64,000 bases of DNA from Candidatus Yanofskybacteria bacterium RIFCSPLOWO2_02_FULL_44_18 (GCA_001794755.1 MGKT01000006.1:115045-179044), one strand, 5' to 3'; numbered from the stretch's first letter, positions 54,127 through 64,000 are shown. The notes: a model not told the origin generated them from the letters alone. Numbers and translations: made by a program.

Positions 54127-54465
54127 TTAGCTGGCCTTTTCGACGGCCTTTTTTAAATCCTTGAGCCGTCCGCTATTGTCGGGGTAAAGAAAATCATTCT
54201 TAGTTTTCTCAACTAGTTCGTTATACACATCCAGGCATCTCGAGCATCGGCTCGATTCCAGATGAAGACGCATAAGAGCTTTTTCTTCACCGGAGAAATT
54301 ATCCGGATTTTCGGCGCCAAAGACCATCGCCTGATCGACACAATCCGGATGTTCGGGGTCATCGCCGCCGTTAAACACAACTTCTCGAGCACTTCTTCTT
54401 CTGTTTTCGGGGCTGTTCGGATCTTTTTTAGGGTCGGCCTGCGGCGGCCAGTTTCGTTCTCGCAT
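54127..54465 (-). CDS. Hypothetical protein with a zf-HC2-like motif
   Basis: C...HLESSRCSRC. Confidence 0.55.
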   Translation of the reverse strand: MRERNWPPQADPKKDPNSPENRRRSAREVVFNGGDDPEHPDCVDQAMVFGAENPDNFSGEEKALMRLHLESSRCSRCLDVYNELVEKTKNDFLYPDNSGRLKDLKKAVEKAS

Positions 54466-54511
54466 TATAGTTCCTTAATATACTGCCGTTATTCTACATG
54501 AAAAATCACTT

Positions 54512-55840
54512 CTAGTAAAGACGGTATTTGGTATTGAAGATTATTAAAAGCAAAATAAAATGAATGTTGTACGCAATTGCCGTGGCAACGGCGATTCCCC
54601 GCACGCCCATATCAAATTTCAAGCCTAATATGTAGCTAAGGGCCACATTTAAAGCAATCGCGAAAACAGAAACCCAAAAAGGCGTTTTTGTGTTCTGAAA
54701 AGAATAATAGGCTCTGGTTACGACATGCATCAGACTTTGGGACACGGCGCTGAACATGAAAATTCCGACCACCGATGCCGTCAGGGCCCGATCCGCATCT
54801 TTGAATTGGCCGACTTTAAATATGGCGTCAACGATTATGTTTCTGAAAATAAATATGGCAACGGCCAGAAGGCCAGTGAAAACAAGAGTCAGCCAGAGAG
54901 CATGGTTGAGTTTCTTTTTAAATTCCAACAGTTCATTTTTCGCGGCGTGTGTTGATAATTGGGGAAATACGGCTGTGGCCAGAGAAATACCGACAATAGA
55001 AATAGGGACAAACTGAAGATTGGTGGCCAGATTGAGAATTGTGATACTGCCGCTTCCAAGCAACGAAGCTATGCTTGTAATAACGACCAGACCGATATTA
55101 TAGGCGCCCAAAGCAAGCGTTCTTGGCAGCATAAGCGATATCATCCGCCTGAAGGCACCGTCGTATATATCAAACAGCAGAGTGAACCGGAACCCGGCCC
55201 GCCAGGCTACGGGCAACTGTATAAGAAGATGAAGCAAGGCTCCAAGAACGACACCGAAGCCCAAGCCGTATATTCCAAGATAGCCCCAACTCTCAAAGAG
55301 CGGAACAAACCATATTGCCCCAACAATAATGCCGAGATTGTAAAATATCGAAGCCAAAGAATATACCAGAAAACGCTGCAGAGCCTGAAGGATGGAACCC
55401 AGAATCGTGCTTACCGCGAATATAATCGAACTAATCAGCATTATCCTAATCAACATTGCCAGAACGTGCGCTTGAGAAGAAGTAAATCCCGGTCCAATCA
55501 AACCGGCCAAAGGTTCGGCGAAAATCATAACAACGACGGAAACCGCTAAAATTCCCGCCGCCATGACATTCAAGAAATTCTGGGCGGCGCGCCAAGCGGT
55601 CGAAATTTCCTTGTGATAATATTCCAGAAAAATCGGCACGATTGCCGATGATGTCGCACCAAGAATAAATAAGTTGAAGATGAGATCCGGAATTCTGAAA
55701 GCCGCGTAATACACGTCAAGCTCGGACGAAGCGCCGAATTGGCCGGCCAGTATCCGATCGCGGTACAGCCCAATCAATTTGCCGATAATCGTAAAAAAGG
55801 CCAGCAGAGCTCCGGCCCGAAAAATTTTAGACTTGAACAT
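54512..55840 (-). CDS. murJ: Lipid II flippase MurJ-like
   Basis: GLYRDRILA..FG, YYAAFRIPD, FVPI.I.G...ATAVFP, AYYS...TKTP. Confidence 0.88.
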   Translation of the reverse strand: MFKSKIFRAGALLAFFTIIGKLIGLYRDRILAGQFGASSELDVYYAAFRIPDLIFNLFILGATSSAIVPIFLEYYHKEISTAWRAAQNFLNVMAAGILAVSVVVMIFAEPLAGLIGPGFTSSQAHVLAMLIRIMLISSIIFAVSTILGSILQALQRFLVYSLASIFYNLGIIVGAIWFVPLFESWGYLGIYGLGFGVVLGALLHLLIQLPVAWRAGFRFTLLFDIYDGAFRRMISLMLPRTLALGAYNIGLVVITSIASLLGSGSITILNLATNLQFVPISIVGISLATAVFPQLSTHAAKNELLEFKKKLNHALWLTLVFTGLLAVAIFIFRNIIVDAIFKVGQFKDADRALTASVVGIFMFSAVSQSLMHVVTRAYYSFQNTKTPFWVSVFAIALNVALSYILGLKFDMGVRGIAVATAIAYNIHFILLLIIFNTKYRLY

Positions 55841-55847
55841 TAAGTAT

Positions 55848-58175
55848 TCACTTGAGTTTAATCTTCAGATCTATATCGTTATCAAATTTCCGGCTTAATA
55901 TATACCCGTCGGAAATTCTGTCCAGCGTAGGCTGTGACTCTATGACCGCCGTATTTGACGGCAGTGACAAGGAATAATTGAATTCATCAACGATTAAGCC
56001 GGGTTGTTTTTGCATATATAGATTGTAATCGCCGCCAATATATTTGTCGGGTACTGAATATTGGATTGTGACGGTCTTTGTCTCACCGGGATTCGTAATA
56101 AGCCAAAATCCGAATCCGGTCTTGCCGCTTTCCCGATAAACATCGACTCCCGTTTTGGCGTCAATATGCACAGTCGCTTCCAGTCCGGAAAGATCTTCAT
56201 CTTTCTTGAAATTGTAATCAGCGTATCCCAGGAGCGGCCGGAAATCCGGCTTGGAATTTCCTTTGATACTTTTTAATTGCGAGCCGGCCGGCGCTAAAAT
56301 TCTGACATACGTCGGATTTTGCTTATTGTAAAAGCCGTACTGATTTTTGCCGCCGTTATGTTTTCGGGAAATGCTAACGGTATGCGCAAGCTCGTCCGAT
56401 ATTTGAGTGTTTACGGATATTGAGTTGTCAATCACCGCGTCAGTTTTCGATCCTTTCACGTTGCTGAAAGTAATCATCATGTAATCCCCGTCCGTATTTT
56501 TTACATGGCCGGAAAGGCCGTGATCATACGCGAAACTCTGCAGTTTTAATTCCTTGAAATACATCAGGATGTCTTTTCTCTCTATGCTCATCACGATCAT
56601 ATTAAATATGTCCATCCATTGTTGAGAATCCGACGAATATATTTTTTCAAGCAGTTTCGGCGCAAAATCAACGAGTATTTGTTTGGGCTGGGCCCGATTC
56701 GGGCCGTACTCCACTTCTTTTTGAATGGTATCCGTGAAGTTTTCTCCGGTTAAAGTCAGTCCGTATTCCGGCATATCAATGGGGCCGATGACATCCAAGA
56801 TTCCGGATACCAGCTTCGGGCTCAAGGTAATGACGCCGTCTATGTCGGAGCCGGACTCTTTTTTGTAGAAGGACATGATTTTTTTGGCTGAAGCCGGGAA
56901 GTCAATAAACCAGTTGGCGTCTCTCATTCCCCAAGTCGGCGTTATGTGCTGCAATTGCTTGGGCGGAATGATATTTTCCTTCAATTGGCCGTCCAGATTA
57001 TACACGTCATCGACTTTGAAATCCGCGAGATCGCCGTCTTGAAACATTAACACCCCGTAACTCCCGGGAAAGCCGCCGGTCGGCCGCAATTCAGACGGAT
57101 TTTGAAACATGATTAAAAATTTCTTTGTTCCCGATGATCCGGTCAAGTCATCAAAGAACTTGGCGTAATCAAGTCCGACCGAAATCAATTTTTCAAATTC
57201 CGGCAATTTGGATTTAAAAGCTTCAAAACTCGATTGCTTTTCTTCCGGCAAACTTAAGACATCGACATTTGCCAGCAAGGTCCCGGCTTTTTTTATGTTC
57301 CCGTTCGAAACATTGAAAGCGTTTCTTAACGACTCGGCCATTTTGTTTACTTTTCCGGAACTGTTCCATACACCATCCATAGCCTCGGTCATCGCTTTGC
57401 CCGCGTCCGCGATTAACTGTCCGGCTTGTATTAAATTGTTTGCCGATTTTAACTTTTCCGCTCCGGGCAAATCAGCCAAAAGCGAGCCCAGAGTAGAGCC
57501 CATAAAATTTAGGTTGTCTCCCGCCTTTGAAAACTGTTCATATGCTTCCAGAAAGCTGCCCGACGCGCCGTTGAAATCCAAAGTTTCCAATTTAGCCTTG
57601 GCTTCTTCAAGATTTTGGACCGCCGAACTGCTTTGCTGAACAACTTGCTTCTTTGCCCCGACAATGTATTTGCTTCCCAGAAAACTCAAAGCGACGATGA
57701 CCAGGACAATGAATATTCTGGTGCCGGATTTACCCTTTTTAGGATTTGAATAACTACTGAGAGCCACGTCCAGATCCGTGGCTCGAGTGGCGCTTCTTTC
57801 TTCAGCGAGAACAACGGGGTTCTGAACGGTTTCTAAATCGACAAATTTAACGGGCGCGCGGATGTGCTTTAAGGCAACATTAATTTGTTCTTCCCGGATG
57901 GGCTCCAAACGGACAACAGCCGGTATTTGCTCGCGCAGGTATATTTCAAATTCCCTTAAAATATCTTCCTTGCTTATTTGAGAGGCCAAAATGGGCTCAA
58001 TTTTAATATCCGAGGTCTCGTCCGTTTCCGGAAGGGAAATATTTTTTTCTTTCTTTTTGCGCAGGCATACGAGAGCGGAAATTTCCGTAGTTTCGGAAAC
58101 GGCAACTCGACCGGTTTCGTCTACCGGTTTAACATCAAACATCGCCCCCATGACATGATACGGATTACGGGGCAT
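55848..58175 (-). CDS. DUF4012 domain protein
   Basis: FQNPSELRPTGGFPGSY, MRDANWFIDFP, NVKGSKTD, QKQPG. Confidence 0.85.
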   Translation of the reverse strand: MPRNPYHVMGAMFDVKPVDETGRVAVSETTEISALVCLRKKKEKNISLPETDETSDIKIEPILASQISKEDILREFEIYLREQIPAVVRLEPIREEQINVALKHIRAPVKFVDLETVQNPVVLAEERSATRATDLDVALSSYSNPKKGKSGTRIFIVLVIVALSFLGSKYIVGAKKQVVQQSSSAVQNLEEAKAKLETLDFNGASGSFLEAYEQFSKAGDNLNFMGSTLGSLLADLPGAEKLKSANNLIQAGQLIADAGKAMTEAMDGVWNSSGKVNKMAESLRNAFNVSNGNIKKAGTLLANVDVLSLPEEKQSSFEAFKSKLPEFEKLISVGLDYAKFFDDLTGSSGTKKFLIMFQNPSELRPTGGFPGSYGVLMFQDGDLADFKVDDVYNLDGQLKENIIPPKQLQHITPTWGMRDANWFIDFPASAKKIMSFYKKESGSDIDGVITLSPKLVSGILDVIGPIDMPEYGLTLTGENFTDTIQKEVEYGPNRAQPKQILVDFAPKLLEKIYSSDSQQWMDIFNMIVMSIERKDILMYFKELKLQSFAYDHGLSGHVKNTDGDYMMITFSNVKGSKTDAVIDNSISVNTQISDELAHTVSISRKHNGGKNQYGFYNKQNPTYVRILAPAGSQLKSIKGNSKPDFRPLLGYADYNFKKDEDLSGLEATVHIDAKTGVDVYRESGKTGFGFWLITNPGETKTVTIQYSVPDKYIGGDYNLYMQKQPGLIVDEFNYSLSLPSNTAVIESQPTLDRISDGYILSRKFDNDIDLKIKLK

Positions 58176-58294
58176 TCTGGCTTAATTATACCCCCGAATC
58201 CCATATTATATCTGTTGATTAAAACAAAAAAAACAGCGCTTTCGCGCTGGCCTGATCATAATAACAATGATCAGGACTTGATATTGCCGCCGTT

Positions 58295-59572
58295 TCACTT
58301 CTTGGTAGTTCGGCCGGCGCCGGAAGCCTTCAGGTCAAGCCCGAGGTCGATCGCCGCCTTTGATCCCATGATCTCCAGCAATTGCATCGCTCCCGATCCG
58401 GCCTGACTGCCTGCGCCCCCGCCGGAACTGACGAGTGGCATCCAGTTGCCCTGATAGTTCTTGACAGCGTCGGCCCAGTACTTCTGGGTCTCAATGTACG
58501 CGGCAAGCTTCTTGTCGAGCGCCCCGTCGGCCTCCATGACGAGTTGCCGACGCCGTGCTTCACCCTCGCCCAGAAGAATATTCTGCGACTTGGTTTGCTC
58601 GGCAGCGCGCCTATCGAGTTCGGCAACGGCCAGCCGCTGTTCGGCCGCCGTTACCTCCTTGGCCTTGATGACCTCCTGTTCCCACTTGGCCTTGGCCGCA
58701 TTCGCCTCGCCTTCTTTGGCAACAGTAATTGCTCTCTGTTCGGCTTGTCGAGCTTCGGCAATCGCCGTCTGAACTTGCATCGTCAGCTGCTGCTGCTGCT
58801 GAATCTGCTTCTCCACCACGTCGTCGTACGGCATGTCCTTGATGGAGAAGTTGAAGGGCCGAATTCCGAAAGCCGTGAGCTGGCCGGGCTCCTGGCGTTC
58901 ATGATTCCCGTCCCGACCGTTCACTATCTCCACGATAGTGACGGTTTTCTCCACTCCCGTTAGAGGATCCTTCGTCTTGACATCCTTCTGAATCGTCTTG
59001 ACGACGCCGTTGAGCACCTGGTCCTCCACCAGACTGATCAAGGCGTTGCGCTTCTCGGCGTAGGATTCCTTCGAGCTCATCAGCGGTCCTATCATGTAGA
59101 TCGACTTGTTGACGACCGTCTCGACGAGCTGTTTCTGAATTGCCTCCGGGTTTCCGAAGCGCACATGGAGATCCGTCAGATTCTTGTTGTCCAGCGGCAT
59201 CTCATACTGGATGGAGCCGCTCATATACGCGTGGCCGCCGTCGTTGAACCGCAGCTTGATGCGTTGGTCCTCTTCCGGCACGCAGTCACGCTGCTTGGTC
59301 GTTTCATTCTCCTGCCACTTCAGGCAGGCGAATTCGTACATGTGGCGCTTCGGATACGTCGTCAGTTTCCCGAAGCCCTGCCACTTGACGCCGGGCGTGA
59401 CGTGCCACGTCATCTTGCCCCAGACCGACTGGACGAGCAGGATCTCGTTCGCGTTCACCGTCTCGAAGACGTTGAACAGAAACAAGATTCCGACTAGCAT
59501 CGCGACGAGGGCCGCGATGCCCTTCCCATACCTCCTCACCGAATCCGGCGCCACCGCCATCGTATCTTTCAC
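58295..59572 (-). CDS. SPFH/band-7 (prohibitin/flotillin-like) protein, GC-rich
   Basis: TM, PGVKWQGFG, RFNDGG, long Ala/Glu/Gln coiled coil; SD AAGGAG. Confidence 0.8.
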   Translation of the reverse strand: MKDTMAVAPDSVRRYGKGIAALVAMLVGILFLFNVFETVNANEILLVQSVWGKMTWHVTPGVKWQGFGKLTTYPKRHMYEFACLKWQENETTKQRDCVPEEDQRIKLRFNDGGHAYMSGSIQYEMPLDNKNLTDLHVRFGNPEAIQKQLVETVVNKSIYMIGPLMSSKESYAEKRNALISLVEDQVLNGVVKTIQKDVKTKDPLTGVEKTVTIVEIVNGRDGNHERQEPGQLTAFGIRPFNFSIKDMPYDDVVEKQIQQQQQLTMQVQTAIAEARQAEQRAITVAKEGEANAAKAKWEQEVIKAKEVTAAEQRLAVAELDRRAAEQTKSQNILLGEGEARRRQLVMEADGALDKKLAAYIETQKYWADAVKNYQGNWMPLVSSGGGAGSQAGSGAMQLLEIMGSKAAIDLGLDLKASGAGRTTKK

Positions 59573-59847
59573 AGTTCACTCCTTGTGGAATGGTCCACAA
59601 CCTTGGCCGGCCGTGGACGGTTGACGTCCCTTGCCCGTCTCTGGGCATCCACGATCTCTTTCTTCAACCTTGCCTCGTCCTCCCTCTCACGTGCCTCCCG
59701 GAGCTCACGCTCCAGTCGGCGTTGACGGAAGAAAGGAAACAAGGGTTTGTCCTGAAAAATCGGAATCAGGACTTGGGTGATGCTCGCGTAAACAAACGCG
59801 ACGACAACAACAAAGACGACGAGATCGAGAGCCGCAATCGCTCCCAT
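59569..59847 (-). CDS. Small TM plus coiled-coil protein, GC-rich, coupled to the SPFH gene
   Basis: SD GAGGAG; TQVLIP....PLFPFFR; GTGA overlap. Confidence 0.7.
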   Translation of the reverse strand: MGAIAALDLVVFVVVVAFVYASITQVLIPIFQDKPLFPFFRQRRLERELREAREREDEARLKKEIVDAQRRARDVNRPRPAKVVDHSTRSEL

Positions 59848-59969
59848 TTGCTCCTCGCTATTTTTGGGCAACATGGCCCGCGGCATAGCTGCCTTAAGAC
59901 CTGTTAATGAACTTATATATCAATTATAACACAGAACAATACATAAATCAAGGGTTTGTCATGATTCCA

Positions 59970-61115
59970 TTAACTAGTCAGAACTTCCAGTGTTTTCTCG
60001 GCAATCTGGGGCCAGGAAAATTTCTCGGCCCTGTTGAGCCCTTTTGCTTTGAGTTTCTGGCTTAAAGCAGAATCGGACAGTACGCATTCAATTCCCTTGG
60101 CAATGTCCGACGCATCATAGGGGTCAACCAGTATTCCGGCGTCGCCAACCACTTCCGGAAGAGAGGAAGTGTGAGATACAATTACCGGCGTGGAGCAAGC
60201 CATCGCTTCCAGCGGCGGCAAGCCGAAACCTTCAAAGAAAGATGGATACACCAAAGCCAGAGCGCAATTGTAGTAGTTGACGCGATCAACGCGATCGACG
60301 TTTCCCGCAAGCCGGATATATTTATTCTCCGTCGATGAAGATACGACCGAATTGAATTCTTCAGCCAGCCAGCCTTCGGAGCCGGCAATTACCAGATGCA
60401 GGTCGGGGTGATTTTTTCTGACGATTTCAAACGCTTTTATTATCCCTCGTAAATTCTTCCGCGGCTCCAATGTCGCCAAAGACAAAATGAATCTTTCGGG
60501 CAAAGAATTTTCCCACTTAAATATCTCCTTAGCCTCCTCATCCAAAGGACGGAATGATGGATGACATCCTTGGTATATGACGCTTATTTTTTCCCCGTCA
60601 ATATCGTATATATCAGCCAGATCATTTTTTGTTGATTCGGAAACGGCAATAATCCGATCAGAAAATTTAGCCTGCCATCGAGGCTGCATGTGAAAATGCC
60701 ACATTCTTCTTTTCAAAGAAAACATTTCCGGAAAATGAATGAATGACAAATCATGAAATGTCGTAATCCGGCGGCAGGAATCAGTCAAAGAGCCCAGAAG
60801 AAAATGGGGAAAAAAGAATACGTCGGTACCGCCGATAAGCCGGTCGAGTTTGGGCTGATTTAAAACATTCGAACCCAAAAAAAGAGTCCGGTTCGGAATC
60901 CGCTTGTTTATCAATTCAACATTGGGAAGTTTAAGCCAGGGAAAATCAAAGTCTTGAGAATTCGAAAAAAGAGACGGCTTGTATGAGGAATAAAAAAGTT
61001 TGTAGTTAATCAGTGGGGTTAAGGGCAAGACATGCGCCAAAAGATTTTCAGTGTATTCCTGAATTCCGCCCCATTGCTTTGCCCCCAATACACGAATATC
61101 AATTCCTATTGTCAT
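59970..61115 (-). CDS. Glycosyltransferase family 4 (mannosyltransferase-like)
   Basis: IGIDIR, TFHDL, EPRKN, EGFGLPPLEAMAC. Confidence 0.92.
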   Translation of the reverse strand: MTIGIDIRVLGAKQWGGIQEYTENLLAHVLPLTPLINYKLFYSSYKPSLFSNSQDFDFPWLKLPNVELINKRIPNRTLFLGSNVLNQPKLDRLIGGTDVFFFPHFLLGSLTDSCRRITTFHDLSFIHFPEMFSLKRRMWHFHMQPRWQAKFSDRIIAVSESTKNDLADIYDIDGEKISVIYQGCHPSFRPLDEEAKEIFKWENSLPERFILSLATLEPRKNLRGIIKAFEIVRKNHPDLHLVIAGSEGWLAEEFNSVVSSSTENKYIRLAGNVDRVDRVNYYNCALALVYPSFFEGFGLPPLEAMACSTPVIVSHTSSLPEVVGDAGILVDPYDASDIAKGIECVLSDSALSQKLKAKGLNRAEKFSWPQIAEKTLEVLTS

Positions 61116-62184
61116 TTATTTTTTCCAATATTTTCTTCTTAAATATTTCAGTATCGAATTTTTCGGCCTGCGCGCGGCAAAATTCGAAGTTGAATTTGAA
61201 ATTTCTGAACTTTTCTATTGCTTCGATTAAAGAATCAGAATTCTGAACGTCAAAGAAAATTCCTGTCTTATTTTCAAGAATTGTTTCCGTTGCCCCGCCG
61301 CCCCGATAAGCAATCACCGGCCGGCCCGAGGCCATCGCTTCCAGAGGCACGATGCCAAAATCTTCTTCCTGGGGAAAAACAAGGGCTTGGGCCTGCGAGT
61401 ATAGCCGAGCCAGCTCGTCGTCGCTGACCATGCCCAGAAATACAATATTGGCGTTGGCCGTCTTTTTTAATTTATTCATCTCCGGACCGATTCCCGCGAT
61501 TTTCAGGGGTAAACCCAATTTATTAAACGCTTCGATGGCAATGTCAAATTTCTTATATGAAACAAGCCGGCCCACCATTAAGAAATAGTCGGCGACATGA
61601 TTTGAAGGTGAAAACTTAGAAACATCTACCGGCGGATATATTACTTCCGCCGGTAGATTGTAGTACTTAGCGATTCTGGATTGGACGAAGTTGGATATAG
61701 CCCAGTACTTGTCAGGCCTTTGGGCCGCGGCCGAGTCCCAAACTCGCAGATAGCTCATGAACGGGGGAAGAAGTTTTCGAATCGGCTTGGGATAGCCAAA
61801 TTCCTCTATAAATTTTTGGCTGCTGTCCCATAAAAATCGGGGCGGCGTCAGGCAATAGCAGATATGGCGGGTGTCCGGTTTGGTTATAATGCCTTTGGCG
61901 AACGAGGCCGATATTGATATAATGAGATCGAAATTATCAAAATTGAATTGTTCGATGCCCAGAGGCATCAGAAGCGGAAACGCGTAGTGATGGCTCTTGG
62001 CAAACGGCATTTTCTGAAGAAATGAAGTTCGGATTTCTCTGTCCTTAAATATCCCGTTGGTGGCGGCCTCATCGTATATAAGCGTGTATATCGGCGCGTC
62101 GGGAAAAATGTCGCAAAGGGCTTGGAGCATTCTTTCGGCTCCGCCGAATTGATTCAAATATTCGTGGACAAAAGCGATTCTCAT
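61099..62184 (-). CDS. Glycosyltransferase family 4 (WbaZ-like)
   Basis: GGAER, YPPVD, EDFGIVPLEAMASG. Confidence 0.92.
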   Translation of the reverse strand: MRIAFVHEYLNQFGGAERMLQALCDIFPDAPIYTLIYDEAATNGIFKDREIRTSFLQKMPFAKSHHYAFPLLMPLGIEQFNFDNFDLIISISASFAKGIITKPDTRHICYCLTPPRFLWDSSQKFIEEFGYPKPIRKLLPPFMSYLRVWDSAAAQRPDKYWAISNFVQSRIAKYYNLPAEVIYPPVDVSKFSPSNHVADYFLMVGRLVSYKKFDIAIEAFNKLGLPLKIAGIGPEMNKLKKTANANIVFLGMVSDDELARLYSQAQALVFPQEEDFGIVPLEAMASGRPVIAYRGGGATETILENKTGIFFDVQNSDSLIEAIEKFRNFKFNFEFCRAQAEKFDTEIFKKKILEKINDNRN

Positions 62185-62266
62185 TGCCAATCACAATATC
62201 AAGACCGGCTAGTTGTTGCAACAACGCGTTAAAAGTGTAAAATATCTTAAGAACTCGGAGGAATTT

Positions 62267-62587
62267 ATGCAAGTTCTTTCAGGAAAAGAAGAATGGGAAT
62301 GGATTGGTCTTACTCTGCCGAGGTCTTACAGGTTTCATGAGGTAAAAGACCGAGTCGAAAAAATTTGCCGTAAACTCAGGCCCGGAATGAGAGTGAGGAA
62401 CGGCAACACCCATACGATCGGAGTTCTTACCGCGAATCCGAATAATCCAAAAAAACTTGAACTTGGATCATGGATATTCGTCATGGTCACAGCTAGAACT
62501 AAAGCCGGTAAAACTATCGGTCGCAAGACAAAACGCGTATGGTATTTAGGTCACATCCAAATTCCCGCCAAATCCAGAACCCGCTAA
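62267..62587 (+). CDS. Hypothetical basic protein inserted antisense within a GT operon
   Basis: SD GGAGG; hairpin AGAACCC-GCTAA-GGGTTCT-TTTT at the end. Confidence 0.5.
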   Translation: MQVLSGKEEWEWIGLTLPRSYRFHEVKDRVEKICRKLRPGMRVRNGNTHTIGVLTANPNNPKKLELGSWIFVMVTARTKAGKTIGRKTKRVWYLGHIQIPAKSRTR

Positions 62588-62596
62588 GGGTTCTTT

Positions 62597-63976
62597 TTAA
62601 ACTGCCGAAGGGTCTCGAAACATTTTAAGGAATGTCCGGAATATTATTCTCATGTCCAAAAGTAAAGACCAGTGTTCAATATAGAAGCTGTCAATGGCCA
62701 CTTCTTCGTCAAAAGGAAGATCAGAACTCCCCGATATCTGGGCTAATCCCGTGGCCCCGGCTTTTATGGCCAGAACTTTTTTGTGATGCTTCTCGTATTT
62801 TTGAATCTCATCCGGCTGATGCGGCCGGGGGCCAACCAGTGATATGTCCCCTTTTAATATGTTTATAAACTGGGGGAGTTCATCGATTCGGGTTCGGCGC
62901 AATATCCGGCCAACTCTCGTCACCCTGGGATCATCTTTCATTTTAAACAAAGGCCCGTCTTTTCTTTCGTTGTAAGCGATAAGCGACGGCTTTAACTCTT
63001 CGGCATTGGCAATCATTGAGCGGAATTTGTATAAATAGAATTCTCTGTTTTTACTGACCCTCTTTAATCTGGCAAAAACAGGACCCTTGGTTTCGTTCTT
63101 AATTATGAGAGCGCATGTTAAAAATATTGGTGATGTTAGAAGCAGTCCTAATGAGGCGGCTGCGATATCGATGCTTCTTTTTATAACTCTTCCCCAGCCG
63201 TCCAATGATGTCCGCTTTAGCTCAATCACCGGAAAGCGGTCAATCAAATCAATCCCGAAGTTGGTGGTCAGAGTTTGATATATGTTGGGAATGAATTTAA
63301 AAACAATATGGTTGTCGTTGCAGAAATCAACCAATTCGCGAACGCGATCGGCCGGATAATTCGGATTAGCCAAGATTACTTCATCAATGTCCGATTGAAT
63401 CTCCCGAATCTTCAAAAAATCCGGTTCAATAATATGGCCGACGATTCTGTACCCATGGTGCGGATTCTCGCTAATCCTCGCCTTAATTGTTTGGGCCACT
63501 TCGTCGGCGCCAATTAGCAGAACCCGGTGGATACCGAAATCGTATTTGCCCACGAAAATTTTCTGCAAAAGCCTGACTAATTGCCGGCCGATAGTCACTA
63601 ACAATATGGCAAAAATCCAACCGCCTAAAACCAGGAATCGGGAATTAAAAAGCTCCTGGCGCAAGAATATGAATATAATGACAAGCATTATGCCCGCCGA
63701 GGAACCGATAATTATTTTTACGAATTCTTCCCAGCGCCCAATTTTGGCCCTCATCCCGTAAAGACCGACGGCGGCGTATGCTCCCAGAAATACAAATGAC
63801 ACAAAAACGACTAAATATAAGAACTGGGTCAAGGGCAAATTGAATTGGAACAATACCGGACGATAACCCGATAAGAGCTGGGTTCGGAAAATATACGCGG
63901 TCAATCCGGCCAATAGCAGCATCCCAAAATCTACCGGCAGGCGGATAACATTGAAAAATAGGTCGCTTTTCTTCAT
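62597..63976 (-). CDS. Polyprenyl-phosphate glycosylphosphotransferase (WcaJ/WbaP-like)
   Basis: KRSIDI, YKFRSM, DDPRVT, DELPQ, SLVGPRP, GATGLAQ. Confidence 0.93.
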   Translation of the reverse strand: MKKSDLFFNVIRLPVDFGMLLLAGLTAYIFRTQLLSGYRPVLFQFNLPLTQFLYLVVFVSFVFLGAYAAVGLYGMRAKIGRWEEFVKIIIGSSAGIMLVIIFIFLRQELFNSRFLVLGGWIFAILLVTIGRQLVRLLQKIFVGKYDFGIHRVLLIGADEVAQTIKARISENPHHGYRIVGHIIEPDFLKIREIQSDIDEVILANPNYPADRVRELVDFCNDNHIVFKFIPNIYQTLTTNFGIDLIDRFPVIELKRTSLDGWGRVIKRSIDIAAASLGLLLTSPIFLTCALIIKNETKGPVFARLKRVSKNREFYLYKFRSMIANAEELKPSLIAYNERKDGPLFKMKDDPRVTRVGRILRRTRIDELPQFINILKGDISLVGPRPHQPDEIQKYEKHHKKVLAIKAGATGLAQISGSSDLPFDEEVAIDSFYIEHWSLLLDMRIIFRTFLKMFRDPSAV

Positions 63977-64000
63977 TTATACAGGAAATATATATCTTTT

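Noticed and set aside
58330-59907. Several long overlapping ORFs in the GC-rich islet
   Set aside because: Expected from stop-codon scarcity at high GC; only the two SD-led minus-strand genes look real.
256-63761. Most short antisense or nested ORFs in the supplied track
   Set aside because: They lie opposite or within well-supported genes and show no family motifs.
1-64000. Alternative genetic code (TGA=Gly/Trp), rRNA, prophage or IS elements
   Set aside because: Conserved genes such as trpS and prfB end at TGA at the expected positions. No rRNA, phage structural, integrase or transposase motifs were seen.

Overview
A gene-dense chromosomal segment of a small-genome bacterium using the standard code (TGA is a stop). 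Gene content and style point to Patescibacteria/CPR, Parcubacteria-like and possibly Yanofskybacteria; this is inference. Positions 1-25.5 kb are almost all minus strand and hold a cell-surface glycosylation locus (GT4/GT2, O-antigen-ligase-TPR, two TMTC-like and one other GT-C/TPR enzyme). It surrounds Ser/Thr/Pro-rich secreted proteins, including a 1245-aa S-layer-like protein with a ~510-nt structured leader, a lamin-tail protein whose linkers contain a dense GGTGWCACC palindrome array, and an adjacent winged-helix gene. Positions 25.5-41.3 kb are mostly plus strand: an S41 protease with a J-domain-like insert, secG, an ABC substrate-binding protein, PGI/PMI, tRNA-Leu, rnj, trpS, a tRNA-Asn split by a 194-nt group I intron, small orphan genes and a Cys/His-rich metal/thiol locus. 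Positions 41.3-64 kb are mostly minus strand: a membrane Schlafen/AlbA protein, bcp, a lexA-dinB cassette with an SOS box, a tRNA-Gln islet, ftsEX, an N-terminally truncated RF2, an L,D-transpeptidase, tRNA-Thr and tRNA-Gly, lepA, murJ, DUF4012, a GC-rich SPFH islet and polysaccharide glycosyltransferases. I saw no rRNA, CRISPR array, integrase or transposase. The top leads are the palindrome array plus wHTH plus DnaA boxes, the tRNA intron, the S-layer leader, the J-like S41 protease, the putative metal-sensing leader protein and the domain-1-less RF2. All calls were made by eye; no searches or folding programs were run.
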